64,000 nt of DNA from Ascidiella aspersa (taxonomy: Eukaryota): assembly GCA_963924565.1 (NCBI GenBank), contig OZ004608.1:36146001-36210000 (forward strand), in the 5' to 3' direction. Below, one piece after another: positions 12,739-25,900 of the stretch (position 1 is the stretch's first letter; each line of letters opens with the position of its first letter). Below the pieces are notes generated by a model. The model was not told the DNA's origin, did not search any database, and worked only from the letters and a program-made list of their open reading frames with translations. Both the position numbers and the translations under genes were made by a program.

Positions 12739-13512
12739 CTGCTGATAATGTAAGTGGGATCTTTTGGAAAATTCTACATGTGCTACTGGGCCGAAAATGG
12801 ACTATTGCTTAAGTTGATACTTTTATTGCAGAAAGGCCACCGTTATTAATCAAAAACAGCTTAATACTGTGGCTGGTAGCAACAGTTTAAATTGGCCCAA
12901 ATTTATGTTTTCAACCTTAAATACACATATTTGTCGATTGAATTCATTATTGTAAGGGGTACGCCATGTCCATACATAAATCAAAAGGATTACGCCGCTA
13001 AAACAGTAAAAGAAACCCTGTTGCAGGTTTTTTTGTCTCACTTTTAATAATTGTTTTTTTTTGATTGTCAAATTAATTTGGGATATTTCTCTTACGTTAT
13101 CAGGAGATAGTTCGATTAACACTTTCATAGAAGCGAAATCCAATGCACAAATAGTTGCATCGTCAGCTAGAATCGGGAAATGCAGCTTCATAAAGGATTC
13201 ACTTCTTTGCTTCAAAACTTCGAAATCCGATTTTCTGCTTCTGAACCAGATTGACAAAGCATTTCTCGGATTAAGTTTCGGAACCACAAAGCCGCAGCAG
13301 AATTTTTCCAAACCTGCGCGTTTAATGGAAAAAGTCAAATGAAACGACACTTAACGTAGTTTGACTTTGACTACTTGATTTTAAATAGCTTTAAAAAATG
13401 GAAATCACAAATGCTAAAAAATGACGAAGTAAGCTAGGCATTTATAAAATACAATAGCTAAAAGTGCATAAGGTTGGCTTTATGCCAGTCAGCAAAAGTT
13501 TAACTTTTACCC

Positions 13513-13954
13513 CAGTGGTCGGCAAACTTTTTTGTTGCGGCTCAAAGTACTTTTTTTCAAAGCAACTGAAGGCCCACTATGTAGAACCACTACGAAAACA
13601 GTGGCGGGTTCAGGATATTTGTTTGTAAGGTGAAATATTACACGGCGCCTTGATGCCCGAAAAATCAAACAAAATACGCGCGAATCGCGAAAAATTTTGC
13701 GTTTACATATAGTTAAAATTGGCAAAATATATAGTTGGACTGGCTCTCGCTGGACCACATTTGGCACTTGGGTCTTAACCACGTTGAGAAAATGTATACA
13801 TTCTCAGCCACACGAACTTTTAAAATAAGGTTCAATCAAAGTACGGCTATCGCGCGGCGTCGCGGCCCACAACTACATAACAACACTAAGCTAGTCAAAA
13901 ATAACTCGCGGCCCACTAAAAATGGCTCTGCGGCCCACAGTTTTCCGACCACTG
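13513..13954. mobile_element. hAT (Charlie/Buster-like) MITE
   Basis: TIRs CAGTGGTCGGCAAACT / AGTTTTCCGACCACTG, subterminal GCGGCCCA motifs, 8-bp TSD ttttaccc/ttttacac. Confidence 0.8.
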
Positions 13955-16900
13955 TTTTACACGGTGAATTCTCCACATATATATTTTCCGTGCTAAGCTT
14001 TTAACTTACTTGACATTAAAAAGTAGTTGGCTGTTGCATAGACATCAAACACACTTTTCTGGTCGATCTTGATTTCACCAGTGTAAATAAAATCCAAAGT
14101 TGCCTCCAGCTTTTCAGCGCTAACACCACTGATTTCGAAACTTTCTTGGTATTTCTCAGACATCTAAAGAGTAAAAGATTTGTGTGGGGGTTCAGGTAGG
14201 GGGCAATGGAGCAGTCATTAAGGGGCCAGGGACATAACTCTCTAGCTAGGTAGAGCAAAAAACTAAAGTGTCACTACTTTTCAAAATTCGCCTGTTAACT
14301 TAAGTTTGTGTTGTTTATTATGACTCTTAAGGGACTATACCCTGTCTATCGCTACGTTGAGGACTTTAACATATTATTATCCCCATTTAACTTTTTCGCC
14401 TAAAAGCCATACTTTTGTGGGCTTTTTTGTTGCTCTTAAAATAGTGTAGCCTAAACCGAATATCGTTAAATGGAATATTACAGATAATTATTCAGGTTAT
14501 TTATCAACAGATTAAACCGTTCATAAAAAGTTAACAGATTAATTTATTCTCGCCTCTGTAGTGAACATTGTTTCGAAAAACTTGGAAGCCGACGCAAGTA
14601 TTGTCTTGTGAACGGGGAATTCCCTTCCGTCACATATCAGTTTCGCGTCAGTCATTTTCTTGGCATCCGTTCGATCACTTGAAAAAGAAACATTTTTTTT
14701 AACTTTTTGCACCATACATGGTTACATAAAGGAGAGATTATAACACAATTTTGTAATTGTAATATTTCTATAGTTTTATATACTGACGGTTAAACACTTG
14801 GCCAGACGTTTTCAAGAATTAAGAAATGAGTAACTTTTTTTTGCACAAGGATTAAACACTTTCGATTCAAACGACGACAAACTTTTTTTTTACATTTTTA
14901 ACAGCTAAATTATATGTAGAAAGTATATAATAATAAACATACACCAGCGAAAACATAAATAAGGTAGAACTTGCGATCGATAATTACATTTCAACACACT
15001 ACTTTTCGTTATAACTCAATTTTGCCAACTGAAGAAGCAACTGAATTACCTGTTTAACCAAGCTACCATGGCTGCATTATGGCATTCCTCTTTGGACGAA
15101 GTCATATTCCACAGTATACTCTGTTACTGGCTGCTCAATAATCCGTTTAATAAATCGTGACACAAGTAATCAGGCTCAGATAGTTTTCACTATCTACGAG
15201 TTACGTTTGGAATTACTTCTCATTCAACTGGTAAAACATCAACATTTAACACTGAGAGGATTAGACAAGCCTACAGTAGGCTATACGCTTTCTGTTTGGA
15301 CGCCATTCATACGATGGCGGACACCTACGCTTTTGTCAAACCTTTTTTTCTTCAATCAGAGCCTAGCCTACAGTTGAAACCCGACAATGATATTCAATAC
15401 GCGCCTACACTTCTGACCAAACGATCATCTTAATCATATCTATATTTGCCGACTTTAACAGTAAGCCGGATTACTATATTTAAAGAAAGACAATCAAGAC
15501 CCATACAATCAATATCTTGATTTCTGCAATACGAAAATTTATATGCACAACGGGATTATGTAAGCCAGAAGTCTCAGCGAAACAACAAAGTTCTTGGCCC
15601 TTATAATTCATAGTTTTGAGCTCATTTGTAGACTGGCCGCACTAACCTACTTCGATGGACAGTATTGATCAGATTTTTATCGAATAAAAGGCTCAAACAC
15701 AAGATTCCGATTTGTTTACTGCTACTTTATCAGCATTATTTGCAAACTTTTGCCGATCGGAAGCAAACAACACGCCAACGCACCGATCGTACTTAAGTCA
15801 TTGCAACGCGCGAATCTATTGATGTTTCTATGATTTCTTGCTCCATTTTCAATAAAATTGTTTGTCAATTGCATCTTGCTCCCTGCTCGCTGTATTTGTT
15901 TGCTGCCTTATCAGCATTGTTAGCCAAAACAACACTCCTACGCACCAATCGTACATACAGATATTAAGAGGGACTCCGGTAGGGGCGGATCCAAGGGAGA
16001 GAAAAATAATTTGTTTAACCTGAGCTTGTACCAACGTCCCTCTAAATATGCTTTGGAATCAAACACAGCGTTATCCACCAGGAAACTTACTTAGTAAAAT
16101 AGTAAACTGCCTATCAAAGATAATATTTAAGCTGAAGCAAACTTTGGCATGATAACCTAAAAACATTACCTTTGCACGTTAATTTTGCAAATAGAATATG
16201 GTTATGATGACTTATTTTATATCGAACAATGCTATATTTTGTCTGAGACATAAATATATCATTATCGGAAAACATTGAACAGTTTTCTATTCAACATACG
16301 TGTGTACTGAAACGCACTCATGCGTACACATGTTCAGTCATGCGTTGCGCGATGTCGTCAAGTGTTTGTTGATGTTCAGGAAAATTGTGACTGAAATCTT
16401 TACACGTTTGTGTGTTCAGGAAACGAATGAAGAAGGCGATCTAGGTTTGAAGGTATGCTGCTATAAAAACGTGCCAAAACTTCATCGTTGTTAGTCAGCA
16501 GTTGCGTTACACGCTTGCGCAAGCCTAACAATTTAATCTGGTAATAACTGTTTAGTATTTTTCTAGATTTTCTTGCAAAATATATTCGACTTCAAACTAG
16601 AAAAACTGACTCAATTTTGTAGAATTAATGGCTCTGGTCAACAATCTTACCACATTTTCGTCTTGTTATCCTAAACCCAATATTTTAATTAATTGCTATT
16701 ATTATTTGGTTTGGGGTGCGAGTTTGGGTTCGGGTGGGTCAAGTATATATATTATGTGAATTCTAAGATATTTATTTCTTTCTTGCAATTTCCAAATGTT
16801 TCGCTATTGTGAAAGAGGTGGTAGGATTGTAAACCAGTGCCAAAATTGTTCCTTTTATATAAAACAGGTGTATATTGTTTTATTTTACTTACAATATAAT

Positions 16901-16989
16901 ATATTTTGCGCTTTTTCAGTTATCAGGTTTAAAGACAATCATCGCTGATGCAAATCGCACTTATCCAACATATTTAAAATTAAGACGGC

Positions 16990-19900
16990 ATGGAGACGAA
17001 TGTGATTGTGTCGCGACCGACATACAACGACGAAAACTTCCATGAAATCTACAGTTTAAATGACAAAAGCACAATAGGTGCAACACAGCGACTCAAAAGA
17101 TGGGCTAGAACTCAGTGCCAGTGTTCGTGGCTCAGGTATGATTGGATTAATATAATTAAACAAACCTTGCAATTCAGTAGCACTGGGTTTTTTGAAGTGA
17201 TGGGTTTCTTGTTGCACAATTTTTTTTTTAAATTGTGCACCATCTCATTCGATTAGGGATTTTTTGGTCAAAATGTTGTATTTTAAATATTTATACACTG
17301 AATCAATGCTATGTCCGTCAGTTTGCATTTTATGGCACATTTCAATGTATACAGGTTCACAATAAATGTTTTACACATACCTGTTGTAATTTGTGCTAAT
17401 AGGGCAAAAATATGTAGGGTGCAATTTACTAAATCAACAAAAATTGCCTAAAACTTTGAGGTGTAAACCTGCCATAGAATACAGACTGGCATTACATTAC
17501 ATCTACTTACAAATATTTTGAAGTCAATATATTAACAATTTTTTTAAACCACTGCTCCTTGGCATTCTGGTGTTTCACGATACGGAGACAATATTATATG
17601 CCAATATGACTTCCAAAACTGCCGATCCCTGTTAAATAGTATGTATTTTAGTTAAGTTTATACTAACAGTGTATTTTTCATATCATATCAAAAACACATC
17701 TTTTTCTTACTTTGTAGGGTCTGGGAATGCTTTGTTGGGTTTTTCCCTGTGTTTTCTTGGCTTCCAAAGTACAAGAAGAGTTATATTGTCGGTGATATGA
17801 TTGCCGGGTGGACTGTGGGTGTTATAAGAATACCACAAGGTCAGCAGACATATACAGAGGAATTTTCCATTTTTATATTGTTTGTATATTAACTATTAGA
17901 ATGTAGGCAAAATTTGGATTTTTTTGCAATATTGTGTAAAAAAATCAATAAAAGAAGAATGGATTTTGGGGCAATAAGTCTATTTTGAATGTGTCTAATT
18001 TCTTAATTTATTGGATTATTAATTGGTTTTTAATAAGATTTCTATTTGTAACACTAACAGATAATTTAATAACAAATGATTATATTGATGTAGGTATGGC
18101 TTATGCTTTATTGGCTGGAGTTCAACCAGTGTTTGGCTTATACAGCTGCTTTTTCCCAGTATTACTATGGTTTGTATTTTCAACATCTAAGCATACGTCT
18201 GTAGGTAGGTTGAAATCACACATTTAATAAAGATTAATTTTTTCACGTTTTATTTGCTTCGAATGTGATCTGGATAAAATCTTAGCTTTTTTATTTTAAA
18301 TGTTAATCTTTCTTTTTAAATTTACAGTAAGTTAGATTACACTTTTACGTTAGATTACACTTTACATTTAAGCTTTTTCTCTTTTTTGTATGTTATATAT
18401 TTGTTGATTATTATTTAAGATGGAGAAAAAAATATTTAAAATAATATCAGAAATACTTATGTAGCTATTTAAAAATTAATTTAGGTACAATGGCCGTTGT
18501 CTGTTTGATGATACAGAATTTGATTAGTCTTCACGTTCCTGATGTTGAGCCATCTTACAACGGAACAGAATTGCTAATTAACGGCCAACAAGTTGATATT
18601 GATAAAGTGGAGGCGAAATTTGTAGTAATAGGTATATATATCGTTATTGTCAATAAACATAAAAATTTTTAACTTACATTATTCTGAATTTTATACCAAA
18701 TTTATAAATTATGACTGAATAAAATCATAGCATTTTAATTGATTGATTGTTTGCCTCTTAACATATGTAAGTAAGTATAAATTAATCAGCAGTTTAGAAA
18801 GGCAACAATTTTAACTTTTCTGAAATACAGGTGATGATAACGAGCGTCTGTTAAATACGACGTCGTACTTGAATGATTTGCTGCAAAGTTTTGAATCACA
18901 AAAATTGGATGTTGCTTGTTCTGCAACTTTACTGGTTGGAATTATTCAGGTAGGGTATTTTCCTAGACTTTTAAAAAAATAATCAGCAAATTCTAATAAA
19001 CAAGTTATTAAAAAATAATTCAAATTAAAAATTATTCTTCCATAAATTTTTTCCATAGAAGTTGGTGAGGGCTTATTAATTTTATATCCAAGGATATTTT
19101 TTTAAAGATTAAATAATAATTTCAATTTAAAATTAGAAGTTATATTTTAATAAGACTCTAGTTAGTTTATATGCTTTTCGATCTAATGTTTATTTATAAT
19201 TTTCTAATACTAAAGACACTAGTACTTATTTTGTTGTTGGTTGGAATACAATGACACAGCCTAATATATTTCTTTTGTATCCAAGATAAAATATTAAAGT
19301 CAGGCCTTATTGACAGCAATGTACGACCTAATTTTATTTTGGGAGTTGTGCTGTAATGAGATATTTGTTATCCGAAATGTTGTGTAAACATTGCTGCTAA
19401 ATGTTACGACGTTGTTGACCAAGATGTTAACGGCACTTGTTTTGGGATATGCTACACAGATTCTAACATCTAAACTCGTGTCAGTTTTTTATGTTTGTTA
19501 GTGGTGGCTATGGTTTCACCTGCGCACCAAGAAAAAACATTTAATTGGTCTCATGAACACTGATAAGCACTGATAACCAGCCAAATGTTGTTGTCTATTT
19601 GTGGTGATAAGGAATGCTGGTTAAAATAAAACATACACTTTTTATGAAACATGATGTTAAACAAAATAAATTTGGTAAATTTCAACACTAATGCCTTATG
19701 TAAAGTCCCTTCTTTACGTGAGGTAGTGTTCATATTTCACCTGACGATTTTGACTTAGATTTAGGTATAATATATTTGCTGTGATCATTTTCTGATTTTG
19801 AATCATGCTTGCAGTTTTACATTACTACTATACGACCTTAAATTAATGTCACAGAAAAATCAGTTTTATTTATTCAAGTTAAAAATGCAATTTATATATA

Positions 19901-22900
19901 TATCTTTTATTTTTTTTTGTATTTTAACACCACACCCATTTTTACACCACACCCATACAAACGTATCTATATATATATATATTGTAACAGAATTTATGTC
20001 TTGTATTTCTAAATATGGGTAAAAACTGCATGCTTAGAATAAAAAAACTAAATTTTGATTCAAATATGGCTAAAATAATACATCACTGAATTTAATAAAG
20101 CAAAATTTGACATATTTAAATTGTATACAAAGTTGATTGGCTGTAATATTTGTGTTTTGCTGATTTTTTAGCTTGTAATGGCATTACTCCGACTTGGATT
20201 TCTCACAACACTTCTCTCTGATCCAGTAATCCAAGGTTTTACGACGGGCGCCGCGTTTCATGTTATGGCATCCCAAGCCAAGTACATATTCGGCCTTGGA
20301 AAATATGTGGGCAAATATAGTGGGCCTTTTACAATATTTAAGGTAAAAAAAGTCAAGAAACTAAAACAATAAAGTTTATGGTTTTATGAGCGGCGTTGTA
20401 CATGAAAAGCTTTTAACTGATTGTTATTGATATTTTACAATAGCATTTGGTTTAACAATTACTCTTAAGTTTAAGTTTTTATTAAAGAGTAACAATAGAA
20501 AAGTTTTTATATATAAATTATTAAAAATAGTTATTTAGTTCAAAATAATTTCATATAATATTTGTTGTCTATGTTACATACCTACATATAATACCTGTTT
20601 TTTATGCTAATTTTTTCTGTTAATCTTTATACTGTCACAGTCTGTTATTTAACCTGTAAAGTAGTACTAACATTATTGTTCATAAAAACAGATATTTTCC
20701 GACATTATTGTCCACATCCCTCAATCCAATGTGACTGACGTTGTTATTTCGATTATTTCGCTTCCTACTCTCCTAGTGGTTAAATATCTCAACCAAAGGT
20801 ACAAGAAAAAGTTGCGCAATATTCCAATTCCCATTGAGTTGATTTTGGTCGTCGCGGCAACAATGGCGTCATACTTTGGTAACCTTGATGACCCGCCGTA
20901 TAATGTTAACATTGTAAAGACAATTCCTACTGGGTAAGACTAAAAAAATTGTTGTTTCGTTGTTTTACAATAAAACTCTATTTAATGTTTAGTTAAAAAA
21001 ATCATAAATTAGAACCCTAATTGAACCTCTTGCCTCTATGTAGTGCTAAATACTTCCAAAGGCCACATCAAAATTTGTTTTAGTTTTCGGGTAGTTTTAT
21101 TATAGTGTTAAATGTTCTTTTGTTTGTCTAAATATTCAGCAAACGTTCTGTAAAATTCTCACCCCCTATAAAAAATTTAAATGTGATTTTTTTGACCTAT
21201 AAGGCTTTTTTAAATGTACTCAAATTTGGGTTTGTTACAAGGTGTTATTTCTTATAAATAGTTAATTTGTCATAGTGTTATATCATTCATATTTATTTTT
21301 GTGAACTTATATGAATACTTTTAACATTAAAAGTGAGTTTTTTACATGTTAAAGATATTTATACCAATTTTGCTTCTATGTGTTTTATTTATTTCTATGT
21401 TGTTACATTTGTTATCTTACAATAATCTAATGTAATTACAAATAAATAGTTACTTTATTTTTTTTTAGGTTTCCCAACTTTTCAGTTCCCAGTCGAACGG
21501 ACTTGTGGGCAGAAATGGTGACGGACTGTCTCATCATGGCGTTTATCAGTGTCGCCATTTCCCTTTCGCTCACCAAAATATATTCCGACAAACACGGTTA
21601 TGAAATCGATGCAAACCAGGTTTGTTGTGACTTTATTTAATTTGTCTGTCTGCCTTCCAGATAGCGCTTGATAAGGAACATTTCCAATAGTGATTTTCTC
21701 ATTAAATTTGCGTTTGTTAATAAAATTGAATAAAAATTTACTTAAAGGCCATTTCATTTTATTTATATTGAAAAGCATAAGAATTTTTTTTAAGGTTTGA
21801 TTTGGGTATTTTCACCAGCTTGATTAAATTATAATCTGTATGTGAATTCCAATGTACAGTTGTTGTACATTTTTTGCCATTGTATGGCAAAGATACAAAA
21901 TTACCATGGAATATAACCACTCTAGATGTTTAAAGTTATTAGCTTAAAAATGGGGTCTTTAAGTGATTATCAGGCCAAAAGGGTGATAATTAGTGCATTG
22001 TAAAAATTAAAGGATTTTAACATGACACTTAAATACTCTTAGTGCTTGTTTTATCAAGTTATTCAAAACATTCACAGGGATACCAATTATCTCTCTAAGT
22101 CTGAGTGCTTCTTAAAGTATATAATTAACTTGGGTAGCATGTTATTTTTCTTTTGTTTTTTTCTTTAAATGAAGGTAACATTTTATTTTTCTTGCAGGAG
22201 ATATTTGCACTTGGAGTTTGCAACACAATTCCTGCATTTCTTAGTTCCTTTGCAGTTGCTGCATCTTTATCACGCACAGCTATACAAGAATCTACAGGTG
22301 TGTGTTTGTAAAACGCTCAGTGAAATTAGCTGGTCCTCAAACAGTTTGATTAAAGCATATGGTTTTAGTCATAAACCAAGTATGTAAATATCACAGCACG
22401 CACAGAAATTGATGTTTATCTGTTAACATCTAAAATACACTATTCATTTTTAAACATGTAATATTTATACTGGGTTTAGGATAAGTTGTCTACGTTATGA
22501 TTTAGTTCAATTTTTTAGTCTGGACAAAATAACTTGTGGTGTTTTTTTTTGGTTTTTAAGCGTTGGTCTTGCAATCATTTTTAAAAAGGCATATTTTTAA
22601 ATAAAAAAAATTCAGCTATTTAGGCAGTATTTTATCAGGTAGACATCAGTTGATAGGTTAACTTTACACACACAGGTGTTTTTACTGCTGAACCAAATAT
22701 GTTTTGTATTTTATTACATCTTTATGCAGTGTTTTATAGGCCGTGAATTGGTTTGTAAGCAAAAAACTGTGTCAGTGTGACAGATTTTAATTGGCCATTC
22801 CGAGATATTTTCTGTCAACATAAAGATAGATACATAGATAGATAGATAGATTTCAATTTATTTCGGAACAACCATCTATAAAATACATGCAAAAAAATTA

Positions 22901-25900
22901 GAATGAACAAAAAGGGTCCGTAGTTCGCAGGGCGGCGAAAGACTGTTAAGTCATCCAAGCAGCTACCTGGATCTAAAAATGGAATAAAACTTAAAATTAT
23001 TAGAATAATATGAAAACAGAAGTCACATACATGTAGAAAAAATATTCAAGTGTTTTAAATTTTTTAAAAAAATAATAAGCTTTTATAAAAAATAAATTTT
23101 AAATTAAATCATTTTTAGGGAAATAACTCGTTAACCAGAGATTAATCAGTGAAATAAAAAAGGGATTTAATTTATTAGATGTAGGAAATATTGTTTAAGT
23201 GTTTTAAATAAAAATTGTTTTTTACAAAAGTTCTTCTTTTAGGTGGTAAAACCCAGCTTGTCAGCATCTTGTCTTCAGTTTTAATGCTGATTGTTCTTCT
23301 GTGGCTAGCCCCACTTTTTGAACCTGTTCCAAAGTCACTCCTTGCCTGCATTATTATTGTTGCACTAAAGAGCTTGTTTATGCAGTTCGAGAAATTAAAA
23401 GAACTCTTTGCCGTCAGCAAAATCGACTTTGTAAGTATGTTTTTTGAGGTTTATTCTATGCAAGCTGATTTTATGATTCCAAGTTTAAAAAAAAAAACAC
23501 ATTACAACTTTTTGTTTCTTGTAGTATATTGTTTTTTTTTTGGAGGTTTTATTTTGGTGATTGTTCTGTAAATAAACTGATTTTTCGCAGTCCAGTTTTT
23601 GTCTAGTTTTAGGCGCATTTGTTTTGAGAAAATTCATACAGAAGTAGCAAACTTGTCTAAGATGTTTTCATAAACGTTTATATAATGATGTTTTCTTATT
23701 GCTAAACAAAATAGTTTTATTCAGTATTGTACTTTAACATAAATGTTAAACTGTGCTGTCATATAACAAATATTTACTTGCTGCAGTTTGCATTCAGGTC
23801 ATCTTAAAAATGTCGATTTTTGTGTAAGCACGGCAACAAACTTAAATCGGTTGACTAATTTTGTGGCCGATATATATACATAAATATCATAGATGTTGAT
23901 CCATTTGAATTAAGATACACTGACGATACATTTGCTAGTGAAATATATATATAAATATATATTTTAGTTATTTTAATAGTGTCTGTCCTGAATTGCTAGC
24001 TTTGCTAGAGTTTTCTGTCGTTACTGATCAGAAATTAGGGTTTACATTTATTTTACAAGGGTCAAGGTGATTTTCACTATCACGTATTCAGTGTTATCAA
24101 AGATAATTTTTTATATTAATTCTGTTTTCATTGAAGCAACTTGTTTTTTTTAAAGCGACACTAATATATATTTTATTGTGTTTTTTATAGTTTGTAAACT
24201 TTCTGAACCCTGTTTAAATTTAGATTCTTTTTAGCTGTGTCAATTATGATTTATGAATAACTTTTATTCAAACAAACTCTTGTTTTCTCCGTTTCAGGCG
24301 ATATGGGTTGTAACGTGCACAGGCGTGGTTGTCCTTGGGGTTGACCTTGGCCTTGCTATCGGCGTTGCCATGGCGATAGCGGCCCTGATCTTCCGCATCC
24401 AACATCCGAAGCACGCTGTGCTTGGAAGGATCATCCACACCGACTTGTACGCTGACAAGAAGAAGTATAAGGACGCTTACGAGATAGCTGGGGTGAAGAT
24501 CTTCCATTACGCCGACTCCGTGTCATTTACCAACAAGGACGCATTCAGGAATTCCCTCTACAAGGCTTTGGGGTCAGTTTTTTGGTATTCTAAAAAAGAT
24601 TTGGTGATTTAATAGCTTTCATTTCACCAGTAAGAGCCCATTGCTAATTTTCGAGTATTTAGGAATTCGTTTTAAAGCTTAGGCGCCAGTTTTGTGCATT
24701 CTATTAAATTAAAAGCTTGGTGATTTAAATGAGGTTTTATTACATCAATACGAGTTTGTCGTTTATTTTCGATAATTTTGAGAACTTTGTGTTTTTCACA
24801 ATCTAGAAGGCAAATCCGCAATGCGATGCTTATTGACATAAGAATATTTGTAGTAATTAATCTTACTTCTTGGCCGCTTTCCAACAAGGATGGCTTCAGG
24901 AATTCGCTCTACAAAGCTTTGTCTTGTAGACCATTGCTCTTTAACCGGTGCGCAAATACGCATGGGGTGTACCAGTACGAAAAGCTATACAGGGGTGCAT
25001 CACAAATCGGATTTCTGAAGTCTATTTGTATTGTGATAGTCAATTTATGACGTCACCTTTAAAAATTTCTTACCTATCGTGGCCCACGAGATGTAAAAAA
25101 ATAAATTAGGAGTCCGCGATAATAAAAGAAACACTGATTTAACCCCAATTTGTAACCATCTGACCCGAGTTTTGCTTTCAGATGCAGCCCGGCAACTATA
25201 ACACACAAACTGGACAAACTAAGGAGAAAAGGAAGTCTTGCGCCTGAGAGCGAACGGGTGGGTTGCTTGTGTTATTGACCTTTAAGACAGGGCCTGTGTT
25301 ACCACAAAGTGTTTTGGGTCTTTGAAAGTCTTTGAATTGATTAACATGTTGTCTTTGAAAACTTTAATGTTTTTCCCAAAATCTTTAAATATTTTTTGAA
25401 TATGTTTTATAAATGGTCTTTGAATGTTTTTTATTTTATTTTTTGCATAAATTCGTGTAGCAACCCTGTAAAAATGTCCTAAGTTACCAATTACACAAGA
25501 AACGTTTTTAATACAACAAGGAAAACCAAAACCAAAACATTTTCAAGGTAACCATAAAAATGTGTGGTTTATGGTTTTTAACAAATGGTCACAACGCACC
25601 GATATGTGTGTATTTTTATTATGACATTTATGGGAACACAGTCGTTAGGGATACACGAATACATACTAGACATCTTAATGTACAATTTAAAACATGGAAT
25701 TACAATTTTAAGAACCTACTCTTTGAAACTTTTCCCTTGAACGTATTTTGACTCCAATTCAGTTTCACATTTGTCGGACTGAAAACAGCAGGTTTCCTTA
25801 GTTTACTTGTGACCTTATGACGTCACCTCTTTAAATTTTATGCGTCCACGACTACCGAATATCATTTTTACGGCTTCTCGCCAAACAAATGTTTAGGTGG

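Larger units (their letters stand above)
7561..15105 (-). pseudogene. BTB-BACK-Kelch protein, paralogue 2; 5' half intact, Kelch-repeat half disrupted (probable pseudogene or truncated allele)
   Basis: Exons 15050-15105, 14554-14677 (GC donor), 14010-14163, 13096-13313, 12017-12166, 11476-11557, 11027-11127, 10759-10957 (CYLIGGY), 10309-10447 (VYAVGG; +1 frameshift, TGA at 10374-10376), 10028-10171 (LGNNIYLL). Degenerate exon-like blocks follow at about 7820-7987 (in-frame TGA at 7876-7878) and about 7561-7669 (ACVAHGKIVV). Confidence 0.7.
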
